The position numbers were made by a program, and so were the translations under genes. Below are positions 20,587 through 31,994 of a DNA stretch of 64,000 nucleotides, one piece after another. The notes below the pieces were generated by a model that was not told the DNA's origin, made no database searches, and worked only from the letters and a program-made list of their open reading frames with translations. This DNA is from an uncultured Fibrobacteria bacterium. Its GTDB lineage: Bacteria > Fibrobacterota > Fibrobacteria > UBA11236. Numbering within the stretch: position 1 is the first letter of the stretch; each line of letters opens with the position of its first letter. The stretch spans positions 2,336,001-2,400,000 of the forward strand of contig OY970309.1 in the NCBI GenBank assembly GCA_963716395.1. Direction: 5' to 3'.

Positions 20587-22215
20587 TTAAAATCCCGAGA
20601 TGAATTCGAACAGGAAGGCATCGCCATTCGCGCCGGATCCGTTTTCATTGATGACTTCATAGGCCCCTTTGGCGACCACGCATTCCGTGAGCCAATAGTC
20701 CAACCCGCCGGTGACGCGCCATTCGTCGTAGCCGATGGTCGGTATCTGCTTTTGATTCAGCCGGTCGTAGCGAGCCACGGCTTCCAGGTTTTTAACAATC
20801 GGCACGGGAACTTGCGCCGGCCGATAAGAAATCTGGGCGTAGCCTCCGTTCCGGGCATTGTCGAAGTTCACGGCATCGGGCCCCGGGTTGTAGGTCATGG
20901 GATCGACCTTGGACCAAACCCATTGTCCCCGCACATTGAGGTTTCCCCACGCCGATGATTGCTGCACGAAATTCACGTCTACGGATTGCAGCATGGCGTT
21001 CACGTCATTACCGGCCGGCGCGACGCCGGAGTATTGAAATCCATAACCCACCTCGAATTGGGGGATGGGGATAAACCCGGCATGGCCACCCAGTGCCATG
21101 TTGTTGTTGATGTTGTCGTTATTGTCGTATTCCAGATCGCCGTAGGCGGTGGAATCGTCGGTGATCAAACTCGGAGCGTTGACGTTGAACACCGAGTATT
21201 CGAAGCGCGTGGAGCCGAGCGGAATTCCCCCGCGGATTTGCACGCCCAATTCCGACTCCGGCAATAAACCGTCGTACACGGCCAGGGGTTTATCCGGCAG
21301 GCGGTTCACCCAGCCCATGTGTTGGCGTTCCACGAAAAAATTCATGGGGTTCAAAAACCGTCCCACGCCGACGCTCATGTAATCGTTCAGCAGGTAAGAA
21401 GCCTGCGCCACTTCCAGGTTCAGCGTGGTGTAGTTTCCCTCCAACTCCAATTCAATTTCGCCTTCAAAGAACAGCCGGTCGCTCAGCTTCCATAGAAACA
21501 AGGGGTTGAAGGCAGCGGTATACGCGTTGTTAAAGGCCCCGTTTCCCTCCTGCGTCGAGGAGAAGGCCGCGGTTCCGTATCCGACGATCAGCATCTTGAC
21601 CGCCCCGGGAAACGCATCTTTGGCCATGAGCTCGGTTTCCAGGGCTTGTTGCTGCAAATCCTGCAGGGACTGCTTGAGATCCTGAATGTCCGCGGCATTA
21701 GTCGCGGTTTGTTTGGACGCCGGGGCGCTTTCGCTTTCGGCCGGGGTATTCGCGGCGACGGTTTGATTTGACACCACGCCGGCCGGCTTGGGAGCCAAGG
21801 TGCGGAGATAATGCACGATGGTCCAACGTTGCTTCTCGGACAAAGTCGGCCGGAAGGAAGGCATGGGGGAATTCCCCTCGGTGATTTTCCAGAACAGGGC
21901 GCCGTCGCTTTGTTGCCACATGTTCGAATCCGAGAGCACCGCCGGATGCCGGGGTAAGGCCATGGCGGCGGGACCATCCCCATTCCCCTGGGATCCATGG
22001 CAAACCACGCAGTTTTGGGAATAAATCTTTTTCCCTGCGGCGATGGAATTGGAGTCGTCGGGTACCGGATTGATGCTATGGGAGGCGGAAGCAGGAGCCG
22101 TCCATGTGCTCATCCCGTTGGCTTGGACATTGGTTTGCGCCACACCATTCGTGGCCAGGGTGAATGCGCAGGCCGTCGCGGCCGCCACCCTGAAATGAGG
22201 TTTACCGATCTTCAT
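20587..22215 (-). CDS. Class I cytochrome c - outer-membrane porin fusion
   Basis: Signal peptide; AGKKIYSQNCVVCHG..GDG...PMPSF..LSEKQRWTIVHYLRTL; linker and coiled coil; beta-barrel (FNPLFLWKLSDRLFFEGEIE...) ending in C-terminal Phe. Confidence 0.82.
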   Translation of the reverse strand: MKIGKPHFRVAAATACAFTLATNGVAQTNVQANGMSTWTAPASASHSINPVPDDSNSIAAGKKIYSQNCVVCHGSQGNGDGPAAMALPRHPAVLSDSNMWQQSDGALFWKITEGNSPMPSFRPTLSEKQRWTIVHYLRTLAPKPAGVVSNQTVAANTPAESESAPASKQTATNAADIQDLKQSLQDLQQQALETELMAKDAFPGAVKMLIVGYGTAAFSSTQEGNGAFNNAYTAAFNPLFLWKLSDRLFFEGEIELELEGNYTTLNLEVAQASYLLNDYMSVGVGRFLNPMNFFVERQHMGWVNRLPDKPLAVYDGLLPESELGVQIRGGIPLGSTRFEYSVFNVNAPSLITDDSTAYGDLEYDNNDNINNNMALGGHAGFIPIPQFEVGYGFQYSGVAPAGNDVNAMLQSVDVNFVQQSSAWGNLNVRGQWVWSKVDPMTYNPGPDAVNFDNARNGGYAQISYRPAQVPVPIVKNLEAVARYDRLNQKQIPTIGYDEWRVTGGLDYWLTECVVAKGAYEVINENGSGANGDAFLFEFISGF

Positions 22216-22275
22216 GTTGAATCCTTTCCGAAGAGCTTGATGCGGATCGACGCATCGACCCGCATGAGATGAGCG

Positions 22276-22291
22276 AGCGAATGCGATACCA
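22276..22291 (-). promoter_or_regulatory. Possible sigma54 promoter of the cytochrome-porin fusion
   Basis: Minus-strand TGGTATCGCATTCGCT has the GG-N10-GC spacing with mismatches to consensus; about 60 nt from the ATG. Confidence 0.4.
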
Positions 22292-22708
22292 GATTGAAAT
22301 CGGGCGAGAAAAATTTTGGGCCGGGGAAAAAATGCCGAATGAGGATGAAAAAACCGGAATGGCGGAAAGGCAAACGAAGTGAACTATTGGCGATTCAGAA
22401 AATTATCTGGCATTTAGACAACATGAAGTGCCAAAACGGCGAATCGATATCCCGACTTTACCGGTATCAGTCCGAAATTCCATGTAGTTTGGCCACCGTA
22501 AAGGTCCGCCAACTTGTGATGGATGAGGGATCTCGTTAGCGCGGGGCGGGTTGGACTCGGCATTTTGGCAGAGCGCGAAGTGTTCCGGGTCGGGAATCGT
22601 GCCAGTTAGTTGTGAAAAGAAATGGCCGCTTCCGATTGTGACGCACCTGCGGCGGACGGTAGCAGCCCCGTTGCGAACGAAGTCGCGTCGTGATCCAGAT
22701 GCGAAATT

Positions 22709-22970
22709 TCAGAGCCCGACGGTGACACCGATATTGAACGTGCCGTTCTTTATCACCAGATCCTGCGTGGCCACTTCGGTGGAATCGGGTTTCAATACGG
22801 CGGAGAAGGTGCCTTGGACGCGCGTGGCGGAAAAAGCGGTGATGACGATGGTTCCGGTGTCCGGTGCGGTGCCATTCCAACAACATTGGCCCGTGGAACT
22901 GTTGTTGAGCCCGCCGGTGAGCAGGCGCGCGGGTGACTTGTTGGTAAGGGTGTAGGTGCCCGTTCCCGCA
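22709..22970 (-). pseudogene. Orphan C-terminal fragment of a beta-strand-rich secreted protein
   Basis: Protein-like GTYTL...GTIVITAFSATRVQGTFSAVL...IKNGTFNI with no convincing start or signal peptide. Confidence 0.4.
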
Positions 22971-23064
22971 ACACGCTTGCCACCGCTTCGCTGCGGATGG
23001 CTGCAAGAGCGAAAAGACTTTGGCTGCAACGATGCGGAATCAGGATGAAACGCAAAGGGGTGCG

Positions 23065-24354
23065 CTAAGGACTTGCCCCCAAAGGAATCGCCCGCAGGAG
23101 ATACCTTCCGTCGGGCAGGTCGAAATCCTTGCCGAGGGAAACGGTTTGACCCTCCGGAAAAAGTCTGCGCAGCGGCCGACCCATCAGGTCGAAGATTTGG
23201 ATTTCTGGCCTGGTCTCTGGAGGCCAGGCGTGAAAATCGATTTGATCCTGCGCGGTCACAACCCACGCCGAATTCGGACCGGAGGCATTGCGGGCGGCGC
23301 CGATGCGATGGGGATTTTGAATCGCCACGGGCGTCAAAGTGTCCCATTGCATCACCTTCATCACCGTCGCTATGAGGGAGTCGGCGATGATGCGGTGCTG
23401 CGCCTGGTTTGGATGCGAATACAGCGCCAAGGCATTGGTGAGCGTGATGGGGCTGGAAAAAGTGGAAATGTTTGAAAATGACTGCGCCACGGTCTGCACA
23501 TCGGTGAGGATTCTGCCCGCCAGCCCAATCAAGATGATCGGTGCGTTCGTATAATGGTTGCGCACCGTGTTGATGAAGCCTGTATAGGTGGTGATGAAAT
23601 CGGCATCCGACACCCCATTATTGAAATCGTTGATCCCCAGGAAAATGCAAACCACGTCGGGAGTCCACGAGGAGAAATTCCAGTCGCCCGCCGCGTCGCA
23701 AACGGTTTGCGGATAGCGCGCCGGCATGTTGGGATCGCCGGAATTGCTTGTCACCAGGCCGCAGCCTCCGCGCGCGACGAGAATGTCCTGGGCATGAAAA
23801 GCCAGGCTGGTCAGCCGCGCGTAAGTCAGCGAGGCGTTGAAGGTGCTCAGGGAATAGGGCGACGAAGCGGTGGTACCGATCACATCCCCGGCCGTCCAGG
23901 AATCGCCGATGAACTCCATTTTGCGGGTCGGCCGCGTGGGTTTGGCGGCCAGCGTATCGCCGTCGGCGAGATAAAATCCGCCGAAGGAACTGGTCGTCCC
24001 ATTCGTGCGCAAAATGAGGCGGATGGTATGGGTGGTCGTGGTGGAGAGGTTGGTCCGGATGGTCCGATGCGTCGTCGCGGAGGGGCTTAAGGAATCAACC
24101 AATACGCCGTCGATTTCTACGTTGAAGTAGCTGCCGCCGTCGGTGATTTCCGCCCCTATCGAAGGTCCCGAAAAGCGGGCTTCGATAATGCTGCCGGGCC
24201 AGTTGAATTTTACCGCCGTAGCGGAGTTGGAAAAATCAAAGCGCCCGTAATAATTGATATTCGGGTCATTGGGTTTGATCAAGGCTTCGGCGTGAAGAAG
24301 ACCCGATGACAACAAGAGCGAACATGTGATGGACCCAATCGAAAAACGTTGCAT
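23065..24354 (-). CDS. Secreted SGNH hydrolase, carbohydrate esterase family 2-like, with C-terminal sorting domain
   Basis: Signal peptide; INYYGRF..FNWPGS CE2-type N-domain; RKMEFIGDSWTAG, FLGIND, HPN; tail IQIFDLMGR...GRYLLR. Confidence 0.85.
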   Translation of the reverse strand: MQRFSIGSITCSLLLSSGLLHAEALIKPNDPNINYYGRFDFSNSATAVKFNWPGSIIEARFSGPSIGAEITDGGSYFNVEIDGVLVDSLSPSATTHRTIRTNLSTTTTHTIRLILRTNGTTSSFGGFYLADGDTLAAKPTRPTRKMEFIGDSWTAGDVIGTTASSPYSLSTFNASLTYARLTSLAFHAQDILVARGGCGLVTSNSGDPNMPARYPQTVCDAAGDWNFSSWTPDVVCIFLGINDFNNGVSDADFITTYTGFINTVRNHYTNAPIILIGLAGRILTDVQTVAQSFSNISTFSSPITLTNALALYSHPNQAQHRIIADSLIATVMKVMQWDTLTPVAIQNPHRIGAARNASGPNSAWVVTAQDQIDFHAWPPETRPEIQIFDLMGRPLRRLFPEGQTVSLGKDFDLPDGRYLLRAIPLGASP

Positions 24355-24623
24355 GCTTCCTTTCTCCACCTCCGGCGGTCGCGGCTTAGGAGGCGATGGC
24401 GAGAATCTAAGGTAGGGCGTGAGTCGGGTATGGGTTTGGGAAATATCGACCCGTCGATTCCCAAATCCTTGGCGCCCGGATGGAAATAGGCTCGCGAAAT
24501 ACCGGTACACGAAATTCAATGCGCGCCCAATTTTTCTCAATCTACGCTTTTATTTGTGAATAAAGTATGAGAACGCAGTGGGTTTTCAGCGACCTGGCCA
24601 GTATGGATGCATGGGAGGCGCGA

Positions 24624-26741
24624 ATGCGCGTGTGGACGTTCGTTTTTTTGTTCCTGGTGGGGTTGCCGGTAACCTCCGTGGCGGATACGCAGATTCAGAT
24701 CAACGGGCAGGGAACGGGCCGGGTGTTCGACGGCATCGGCGCCTGCAGCGGAGGAGGAGGCAATTCACGCCTGCTCATCGATTACCCGGAACCGCAGCGA
24801 ACGGAAATCCTGAATTACCTCTTTAAGCCCGATTTCGGCGCGTCTTTGCAAATGTTCAAGGTGGAAATCGGCGGCGACGGGAATTCCACCGACGGTTCCG
24901 AACCCAGCGCTGAGCCGGTGAAAGGCGATACGGATTACCATCGCGGGTACGAGTGGTGGCTCATGGCCCAAGCCAGGGCTCGCGATTCCAGCATCAGGTT
25001 ATGCGGGTTGGCCTGGGGCGCGCCCGGCTGGATCGGCAACGGAAATTTCTGGAGCCAGGACAATATCGACTTCCGGATCGGGTGGATCGAGCATGCCAAG
25101 TCCGATTACGGGCTCACCATCGATTACATGGGCGGATGGAACGAAGTGGGGTCTGGCAATCGGGGATACAACAAATCCGCCACGGCCACCTGGTACATCA
25201 ATTTAAAAGCGGCCTTGGTCGCGCAAGGATTAACGACCAAGCTCGTCGCCTTCGACGACAACAGTTGGGACAACCTCCCCGATATCCTTGGGAATACCAG
25301 TCTCTTGAACGCCATCGACGTAATCGGCGAGCATTACCCGAGCAACGGCACGAGCCCGGCTACGGCGCAACAATCGGGGAAAACCCTTTGGGCCAGCGAA
25401 TGGGGCAGCCTCAATTACAACTCCGGCGCGGGACAAACCGCCCAGGAAATCAACCAGACTTACATCAACGGCAAGATGACCTCGTACATTTTTTGGCCGC
25501 TTATCTGCGCGGTATACTCCGGCATGCCGTACGACGGCAACGGGTTGATGGTGGCGCAAACGCCCTGGTCCGGTTATTACCAAGTGGGGAAAGAGGTCTG
25601 GGTTTTCGCCCACACCACCCAATTCACCCAGCCGGGTTGGCAATACCTCGACAATGCCTGCGGCTTTTTGGGCGGCAGCAGTAACAATGGCAGTTACGTA
25701 ACCCTGAAGTCACCTTCCGGGGGCGATTACAGCATCATCGTGGAAACGGTCTCCGCCGGCGGGGATCAATCCTTCACGTTCACGCCCTCGTCCGATTTGA
25801 AAACCGGTCCCGTGCATGTGTGGCGCACCGATCTCGGTTCCAATAATTCCGCGGATTATTTCGCCCAGCAAACCGATTTGATGGCGGCGAACGGCGCGTA
25901 TACCTTGACCTTGAATAAAAACTGTCTCTACACCTTCACCACCACCACGGGCCAGGCGAAAGGCTCAACGACGCCGCCCGCGGACCATGCCATGGCCATT
26001 CCCTATTACGACAATTTCGAGGAGTCCACCCCAAACGAGGAGGCCCCTTTATTTTCCGACATGAACGGGGCGTTCATCCTTGACACCTGCTCGGGCGGTC
26101 GCGCCGGGCAATGCCTGGCCCAAACCGTGCCGGCCCAGCCCATCCTGTGGAACGCGCCCCCGAATAATTTTTCCGGGGTCATCTCCATCGCCGGCGACCG
26201 CGGATGGACCAACTATCAAGTGCAATGCGACGTGCTGCTGCAACAAGCGGGAGCCGCGCAAATCCTGGGACGCATGGGCAACCTCGGGTCGCAAACCACG
26301 GTGCCGGGGTATTTCCTGGAGATTTCCAGCACCGGGAGTTGGCGCTTATTCAACCGCAACTCCAGCAAGAACGAGTCGAGTCTGGCCTCCGGCAGCAAGT
26401 CCTTCCCGGTCGGGTCGTGGCACACTCTGAAAATGGTATTTCAAGGCCAGAGCATTCAAGGATGGATCGACGGAACCCAAGTGGCGTCGGTGACCGACGG
26501 CTCCTATTCCACGGGCAATGCGGGCGTGGGTACAAACGGTTGGAATTTGGCCCAATTCGACAATTTCAGTATCACGGCTCCCGGCACGAATGTGGTGGGA
26601 GTCACCTCCCCGGCGCAACGTAACCGCGCCGTTATGGGTCCTCTCCCGGATGCGCCGGTATGGCTCACCCCGGTCATCGGCCCCGAGGGCAAGCGGGTCG
26701 ACGCGCTGGGTAAAGAGTATCGGAATCTTCCGGCAAAGTGA
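24624..26741 (+). CDS. Secreted GH59-family glycoside hydrolase (galactosylceramidase/beta-galactosidase-like)
   Basis: GRVFDGIGACSGGGGNSRLLIDYPEPQR, KVEIGGDGNSTDGSEPS, RGYEWWLM, GGWNE, LWASE; lectin-like C-domain; tail RVDALGK. Confidence 0.9.
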   Translation: MRVWTFVFLFLVGLPVTSVADTQIQINGQGTGRVFDGIGACSGGGGNSRLLIDYPEPQRTEILNYLFKPDFGASLQMFKVEIGGDGNSTDGSEPSAEPVKGDTDYHRGYEWWLMAQARARDSSIRLCGLAWGAPGWIGNGNFWSQDNIDFRIGWIEHAKSDYGLTIDYMGGWNEVGSGNRGYNKSATATWYINLKAALVAQGLTTKLVAFDDNSWDNLPDILGNTSLLNAIDVIGEHYPSNGTSPATAQQSGKTLWASEWGSLNYNSGAGQTAQEINQTYINGKMTSYIFWPLICAVYSGMPYDGNGLMVAQTPWSGYYQVGKEVWVFAHTTQFTQPGWQYLDNACGFLGGSSNNGSYVTLKSPSGGDYSIIVETVSAGGDQSFTFTPSSDLKTGPVHVWRTDLGSNNSADYFAQQTDLMAANGAYTLTLNKNCLYTFTTTTGQAKGSTTPPADHAMAIPYYDNFEESTPNEEAPLFSDMNGAFILDTCSGGRAGQCLAQTVPAQPILWNAPPNNFSGVISIAGDRGWTNYQVQCDVLLQQAGAAQILGRMGNLGSQTTVPGYFLEISSTGSWRLFNRNSSKNESSLASGSKSFPVGSWHTLKMVFQGQSIQGWIDGTQVASVTDGSYSTGNAGVGTNGWNLAQFDNFSITAPGTNVVGVTSPAQRNRAVMGPLPDAPVWLTPVIGPEGKRVDALGKEYRNLPAK

Positions 26742-26973
26742 ATTTTGTGGTTGCGGCCGTCCCATCACATTGAAAAACAACTCCGCCGATCGAGGGCCGC
26801 GCTGGATGGGACGTTCGATCTAAACGGAAATTGAAACCGGCGCGGGGCGTTGCTGTACTGAGGCGAGTTCGGGAAAGCGTTCCGGACTCGCGTTGGGATC
26901 TATAACTCCGAAATCACGCAGACTCTGGTGGGGAGAAAATAGGTGTCCTGGAAAATCCCTTCGCAGACCAGAA

Positions 26974-27010
26974 CGAAAAAAACCTCGCCGGAGTGGTGAG
27001 GTTTTTTTCG
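26974..27010. terminator. Bidirectional intrinsic terminator
   Basis: CGAAAAAAACCTCGCC-GGAGT-GGTGAGGTTTTTTTCG between convergent genes. Confidence 0.8.
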
Positions 27011-27023
27011 GAGTGATTTAACG

Positions 27024-27668
27024 TTAGGCCTTGCGGGTTTTACGCCAACGGGCCGCGCCAGCTAACCCGATCATCCCCATTCCGAACAGCGCCAGGGTGC
27101 CCGGTTCGGGAACCGCTGCGGGAGACGTATCTGAAATGTCGGTGAGGGTGAAGGTTCCTAACCATTTTGACCCATTGGAAGTGTAATCTTGAGCATACCC
27201 CTCACCAGTATAAGTTTGACCTACACTAAAAGAAGTGTACCCACTGCTGACGTTAGTGATCTCCACATAGTTGTAAAAGGTGCTTTGATCAGTGGGCGAG
27301 ACAACAAATATGTAACCTTGCTCACCGTAATACGCCGGATCCACTTCAAATCCATAACTATAATCATAATTAATCACATTTCCTGCGCCCCCTGTAAAGG
27401 TTGGGCTGGAAACGTAATCCGCTTGAAAATAGTTGTAATACCCAGGTTGATTGTAGGAACTCATATCAACGTTAGTCCCATTAACGATTTTGTGCCCTGG
27501 GGCGGCTAAATCCGCCATGATGACAATGGTCGCAGCGCCGGCACTCGGAGAGGTTATGGTGGAAGAAGAATTACTGGAGGTAATGTCGCCCTCGAAGGTA
27601 AGGTAAACCGGAGTGGCATAGGCCGAAAGCGCTAAGCCCAGCATTGTGGGTAGAATGGATTTTTTCAA
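27024..27668 (-). CDS. PEP-CTERM sorting domain protein
   Basis: AAAGGA RBS with TTG start, signal peptide, C-terminal VPEPGTLALFGMGMIGLAGAARWRKTRKA. Confidence 0.93.
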   Translation of the reverse strand: MKKSILPTMLGLALSAYATPVYLTFEGDITSSNSSSTITSPSAGAATIVIMADLAAPGHKIVNGTNVDMSSYNQPGYYNYFQADYVSSPTFTGGAGNVINYDYSYGFEVDPAYYGEQGYIFVVSPTDQSTFYNYVEITNVSSGYTSFSVGQTYTGEGYAQDYTSNGSKWLGTFTLTDISDTSPAAVPEPGTLALFGMGMIGLAGAARWRKTRKA

Positions 27669-27707
27669 AAGTGATCCTTTTTGGTTTTGGGTGACGGCTG
27701 GGCGTTA

Positions 27708-27789
27708 AGAAAACTTAATGCCAGCAAATATTGCGTAAATCTTCGAAATTATGCCGGGTAATTTCTTTACTATGTAAAGTTTTCCGAAT
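27708..27789 (-). promoter_or_regulatory. PEP-CTERM-box-like enhancer plus sigma54-like promoter
   Basis: Minus strand ATTCGGAAAACTTTACA (27773-27789), then about 50 nt later TGGCATTAAGTTTTCT (27708-27723; TC in place of GC at -12). Confidence 0.55.
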
Positions 27790-27936
27790 TTCGCCGAAAT
27801 TTGTTACAAATCTCATAATCCATTATTGGGCTTTATCGCCCGGCGGATGAAGAGCGGTTGCATGAGGCCTGCGCGGAATGACCCGTGGATTTGGCCGCGA
27901 TCAAAAACGTCCCCGGAAACTTCCTAACCAAACTCC

Positions 27937-29337
<1,401 letters not shown>

Positions 29338-29414
29338 GGATGCCAAAGATAGTCGGGGGAGAAAAAGGGTGGGCCGGTGGGATTCTTCAGGGTGGGATCG
29401 GAAAGGTCATGGGA

Positions 29415-31604
29415 TCAATTCGGATTTTTTCCTCCGCCCAGCAAAATGCAGAACTCCGTTCCCTTCCCTAATACCGAATGGACCAGAATTTTTCCACCCA
29501 TCTGCTCGACCAGAGTCTTGCATTGATATAAGCCGATTCCCACACCCTTCTCTTTCGTGGTCGCAAAGGGCTGAAACAGGCGCCGGCGCACGAAATCGGG
29601 ATCCATGCCCGCGCCTTCATCCTCCACCAGAATCCAGGCTGCGTAGCCGGCGAAGCGTTCGCCCCCGCCGAAAAGATCGGCCAGACGTTGGGGCGCCTCC
29701 GGGTCCAGATACCCGAAGGAAAGGCGCAATCGGCCCCGGGGTCCAGGTTCGCCGCTCCGGCGCAGGGCTTCCAACGAATTGTTGATCAAGTTGCGGATCA
29801 CGAAAAAGAGGGCCTGTCTATCCATGGGGATGCCCGCGGACCCTTGCCCTTCCAGGGCGAAATCCAGTTGGGGCAAAGAAGCCAGGCCGGAATTCTGCAC
29901 GACTTCCAGCAGCAGAGGCCGCAGGGGAGCCCGCGCCATCTTCACCTCCTGGGCCTGGGGCGCCACGGCCAGGCGGTCGATGAGGCCTTGCAGGTTGCCG
30001 GCGCTGCTTTTCACCGAAGCCAGCATGCTGGCCTGGAAGTCGGGATTGCCGAGATTCTTCTCCGCGTTCTTGAGCAGGAGATTCAGGGTCGCGATTTGAT
30101 TCTTGATATCGTGGATGATGAAGGAAGCCACGTGATGGAAGGCGTCGAATTGTTTGCGCTCGATGCGCTCCTGGAGCACGCGGTTTTTAAACAGCGCATC
30201 GCCGATGGAATTTGTGAACACGGATATCAGATCCAGGTCTTCAGGATCGAAGGGCCGCGAGCGGCCCCCTTGCGTGGCCAAGATCCCCGCCAGGCGTTCC
30301 CCGATGAAGACGGGAAAGATCGCGTCCAGCCGCAGGCGCTCCACCAGCGGCTCCTGTTTCGCCAGCTCCAGGCGATCGGTGTTGGCCCCGTCTGTGGCCA
30401 AAAAGTCCACCGGCTCGGCCTCGCGATCCAGCAGGCGCGCCAACGGGCCGTCGCCGCGAATGGAAAGCCCGCGCGCCGTCGCCTCCTCCTTGTTCTCGTG
30501 CTGGTAGAAATGCCCGTCTTGCCAGTTGAGGATGAAGACGAAGGCGTCTTCCACGGTGACGGAGTACTTCATGTTCTCCACCAATTCCGTCAAGGCTGAG
30601 TCGATGTCGGCGCCGCTCATCATGGTCTTATGCAGACGGAAGAACTGCTCCTGGTAATCATATTTGCGGGAATAGATCTGCCGGTTCACCCAGCGGGCGA
30701 TCCGGCGGCGCATGCTGCCCGCCCCCAGCAACAGCACTGCCAAAAAGCAGAGGGAGAAGGCGAACAGAAAAAGTTCGAAGTAGTTGAAATCCAAATCCAG
30801 CCACTGGAATGCGAAAATGGTCAGCGCCACCCCGAGAAAGGCCGACCCGGTGAGAAAGACGGTGGCGGAGGTATAGACGGTTTCGCGCGGCACCATGATG
30901 CGCTCCGAGCCCAGCCGGTAGCGAAGAAAGCCGGCCAAGACCACCGGAAAGGCCATTCCGTACACCACCGAAGAGGCTGCGGCGAAATGCTCGGGCAGAA
31001 GGCGGTAGAGCAGCACGCGGGCAAAAAAGATGATGTGGAATGCCGAGAGGCTTCCGAGGCCGATGAAGCCGAGGCGGGCGATCCGGCGCTGATAGATGTG
31101 GGCGAACCGGTAGGTGTTTTCCAGCAGATAGAGCACATAGACGGAGATGAGCATGCGCAGAATCGGCACGAGCAGGGAGAATCCGCCGAAGATCACGGTC
31201 GGCACCCCCTGGCTCAACGCGGGGATAAGCTGGCCCGGCATCCAGACGACGGCTTCGCCAACGGCCGTGCCCAGCACCGCCAAGGAAAACAGGGAAATAT
31301 GTCGGTGGCCCCACTTCCAGATCTCATCGGCTTCGGCGCCGTCGCGCAGGAAATGCCGCGTCAGCTCCAGGATGCCCAGGCCGATCAGCAGACCCAGACC
31401 CTGCAAGATTCGCTCGAGTCCAAACCATAGCCGCGGCGATCCGGCGAACTCGGAGGCATAGGCGATCCACAGATGGGCGATGAATAAGGCGCTCAGCCCC
31501 AGCAACGCCAGCCGCTGACGCATCCGGTACAACTTGAACTGAACTAAAACACCCAGGGAAAAGATCAACCCCGTGGTGACGATCAGGAAAGCCAGGAGGA
31601 ACAT
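29415..31604 (-). CDS. prsK: PEP-CTERM system membrane histidine kinase
   Basis: Multi-TM N-terminus, RKYDYQEQF, GAF domain, SFIIHDIKN H-box, LFQPFATTK, GVGIGLYQCK. Confidence 0.88.
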   Translation of the reverse strand: MFLLAFLIVTTGLIFSLGVLVQFKLYRMRQRLALLGLSALFIAHLWIAYASEFAGSPRLWFGLERILQGLGLLIGLGILELTRHFLRDGAEADEIWKWGHRHISLFSLAVLGTAVGEAVVWMPGQLIPALSQGVPTVIFGGFSLLVPILRMLISVYVLYLLENTYRFAHIYQRRIARLGFIGLGSLSAFHIIFFARVLLYRLLPEHFAAASSVVYGMAFPVVLAGFLRYRLGSERIMVPRETVYTSATVFLTGSAFLGVALTIFAFQWLDLDFNYFELFLFAFSLCFLAVLLLGAGSMRRRIARWVNRQIYSRKYDYQEQFFRLHKTMMSGADIDSALTELVENMKYSVTVEDAFVFILNWQDGHFYQHENKEEATARGLSIRGDGPLARLLDREAEPVDFLATDGANTDRLELAKQEPLVERLRLDAIFPVFIGERLAGILATQGGRSRPFDPEDLDLISVFTNSIGDALFKNRVLQERIERKQFDAFHHVASFIIHDIKNQIATLNLLLKNAEKNLGNPDFQASMLASVKSSAGNLQGLIDRLAVAPQAQEVKMARAPLRPLLLEVVQNSGLASLPQLDFALEGQGSAGIPMDRQALFFVIRNLINNSLEALRRSGEPGPRGRLRLSFGYLDPEAPQRLADLFGGGERFAGYAAWILVEDEGAGMDPDFVRRRLFQPFATTKEKGVGIGLYQCKTLVEQMGGKILVHSVLGKGTEFCILLGGGKNPN

Positions 31605-31994
31605 GCGGAGTCAGATCGCGCCCGGTTTGCCGGAGCCGAACAGGGCGGAATAAGAGTAAGCGCGCATGGAATGAAGACGGCGATCGAACGGGGGATGCTT
31701 CACCCGTTAAGGGTACCACATGCGCGCGCAGCGCGTTCCAAAACGGATGGGGAAGCCGGGCGCCGCGGCACCGGCATCGCTTTGGGGATGGGTAAAGATC
31801 GAAGGCATGGCTCCCGCGAGACTAGAAAATGCATCCGGCCGGGGATGGGATCAAATCCGAATTCCTTCGCGGCGATGGAAGCCCGAATGCTCCAGCGGTT
31901 CGGAAATCATCGGGGACCGATTGGGCATGATTCGATGGCTTGAAATGGTACAAATGCTAGCTTAGAATGCAGTATTCCAGCACCGGTCCGATTC

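Noticed and set aside
20587-22215. Calling the fusion protein Cyc2
   Set aside because: It lacks the Cyc2 N-terminal P.FARQ...C..CH signature and has a full class I domain plus a long linker.
26758-26813. Inverted repeat CGTCCCATC...GATGGGACG after the GH59 gene as an ncRNA or MITE
   Set aside because: Only a 9-bp stem, single occurrence, no other supporting structure.
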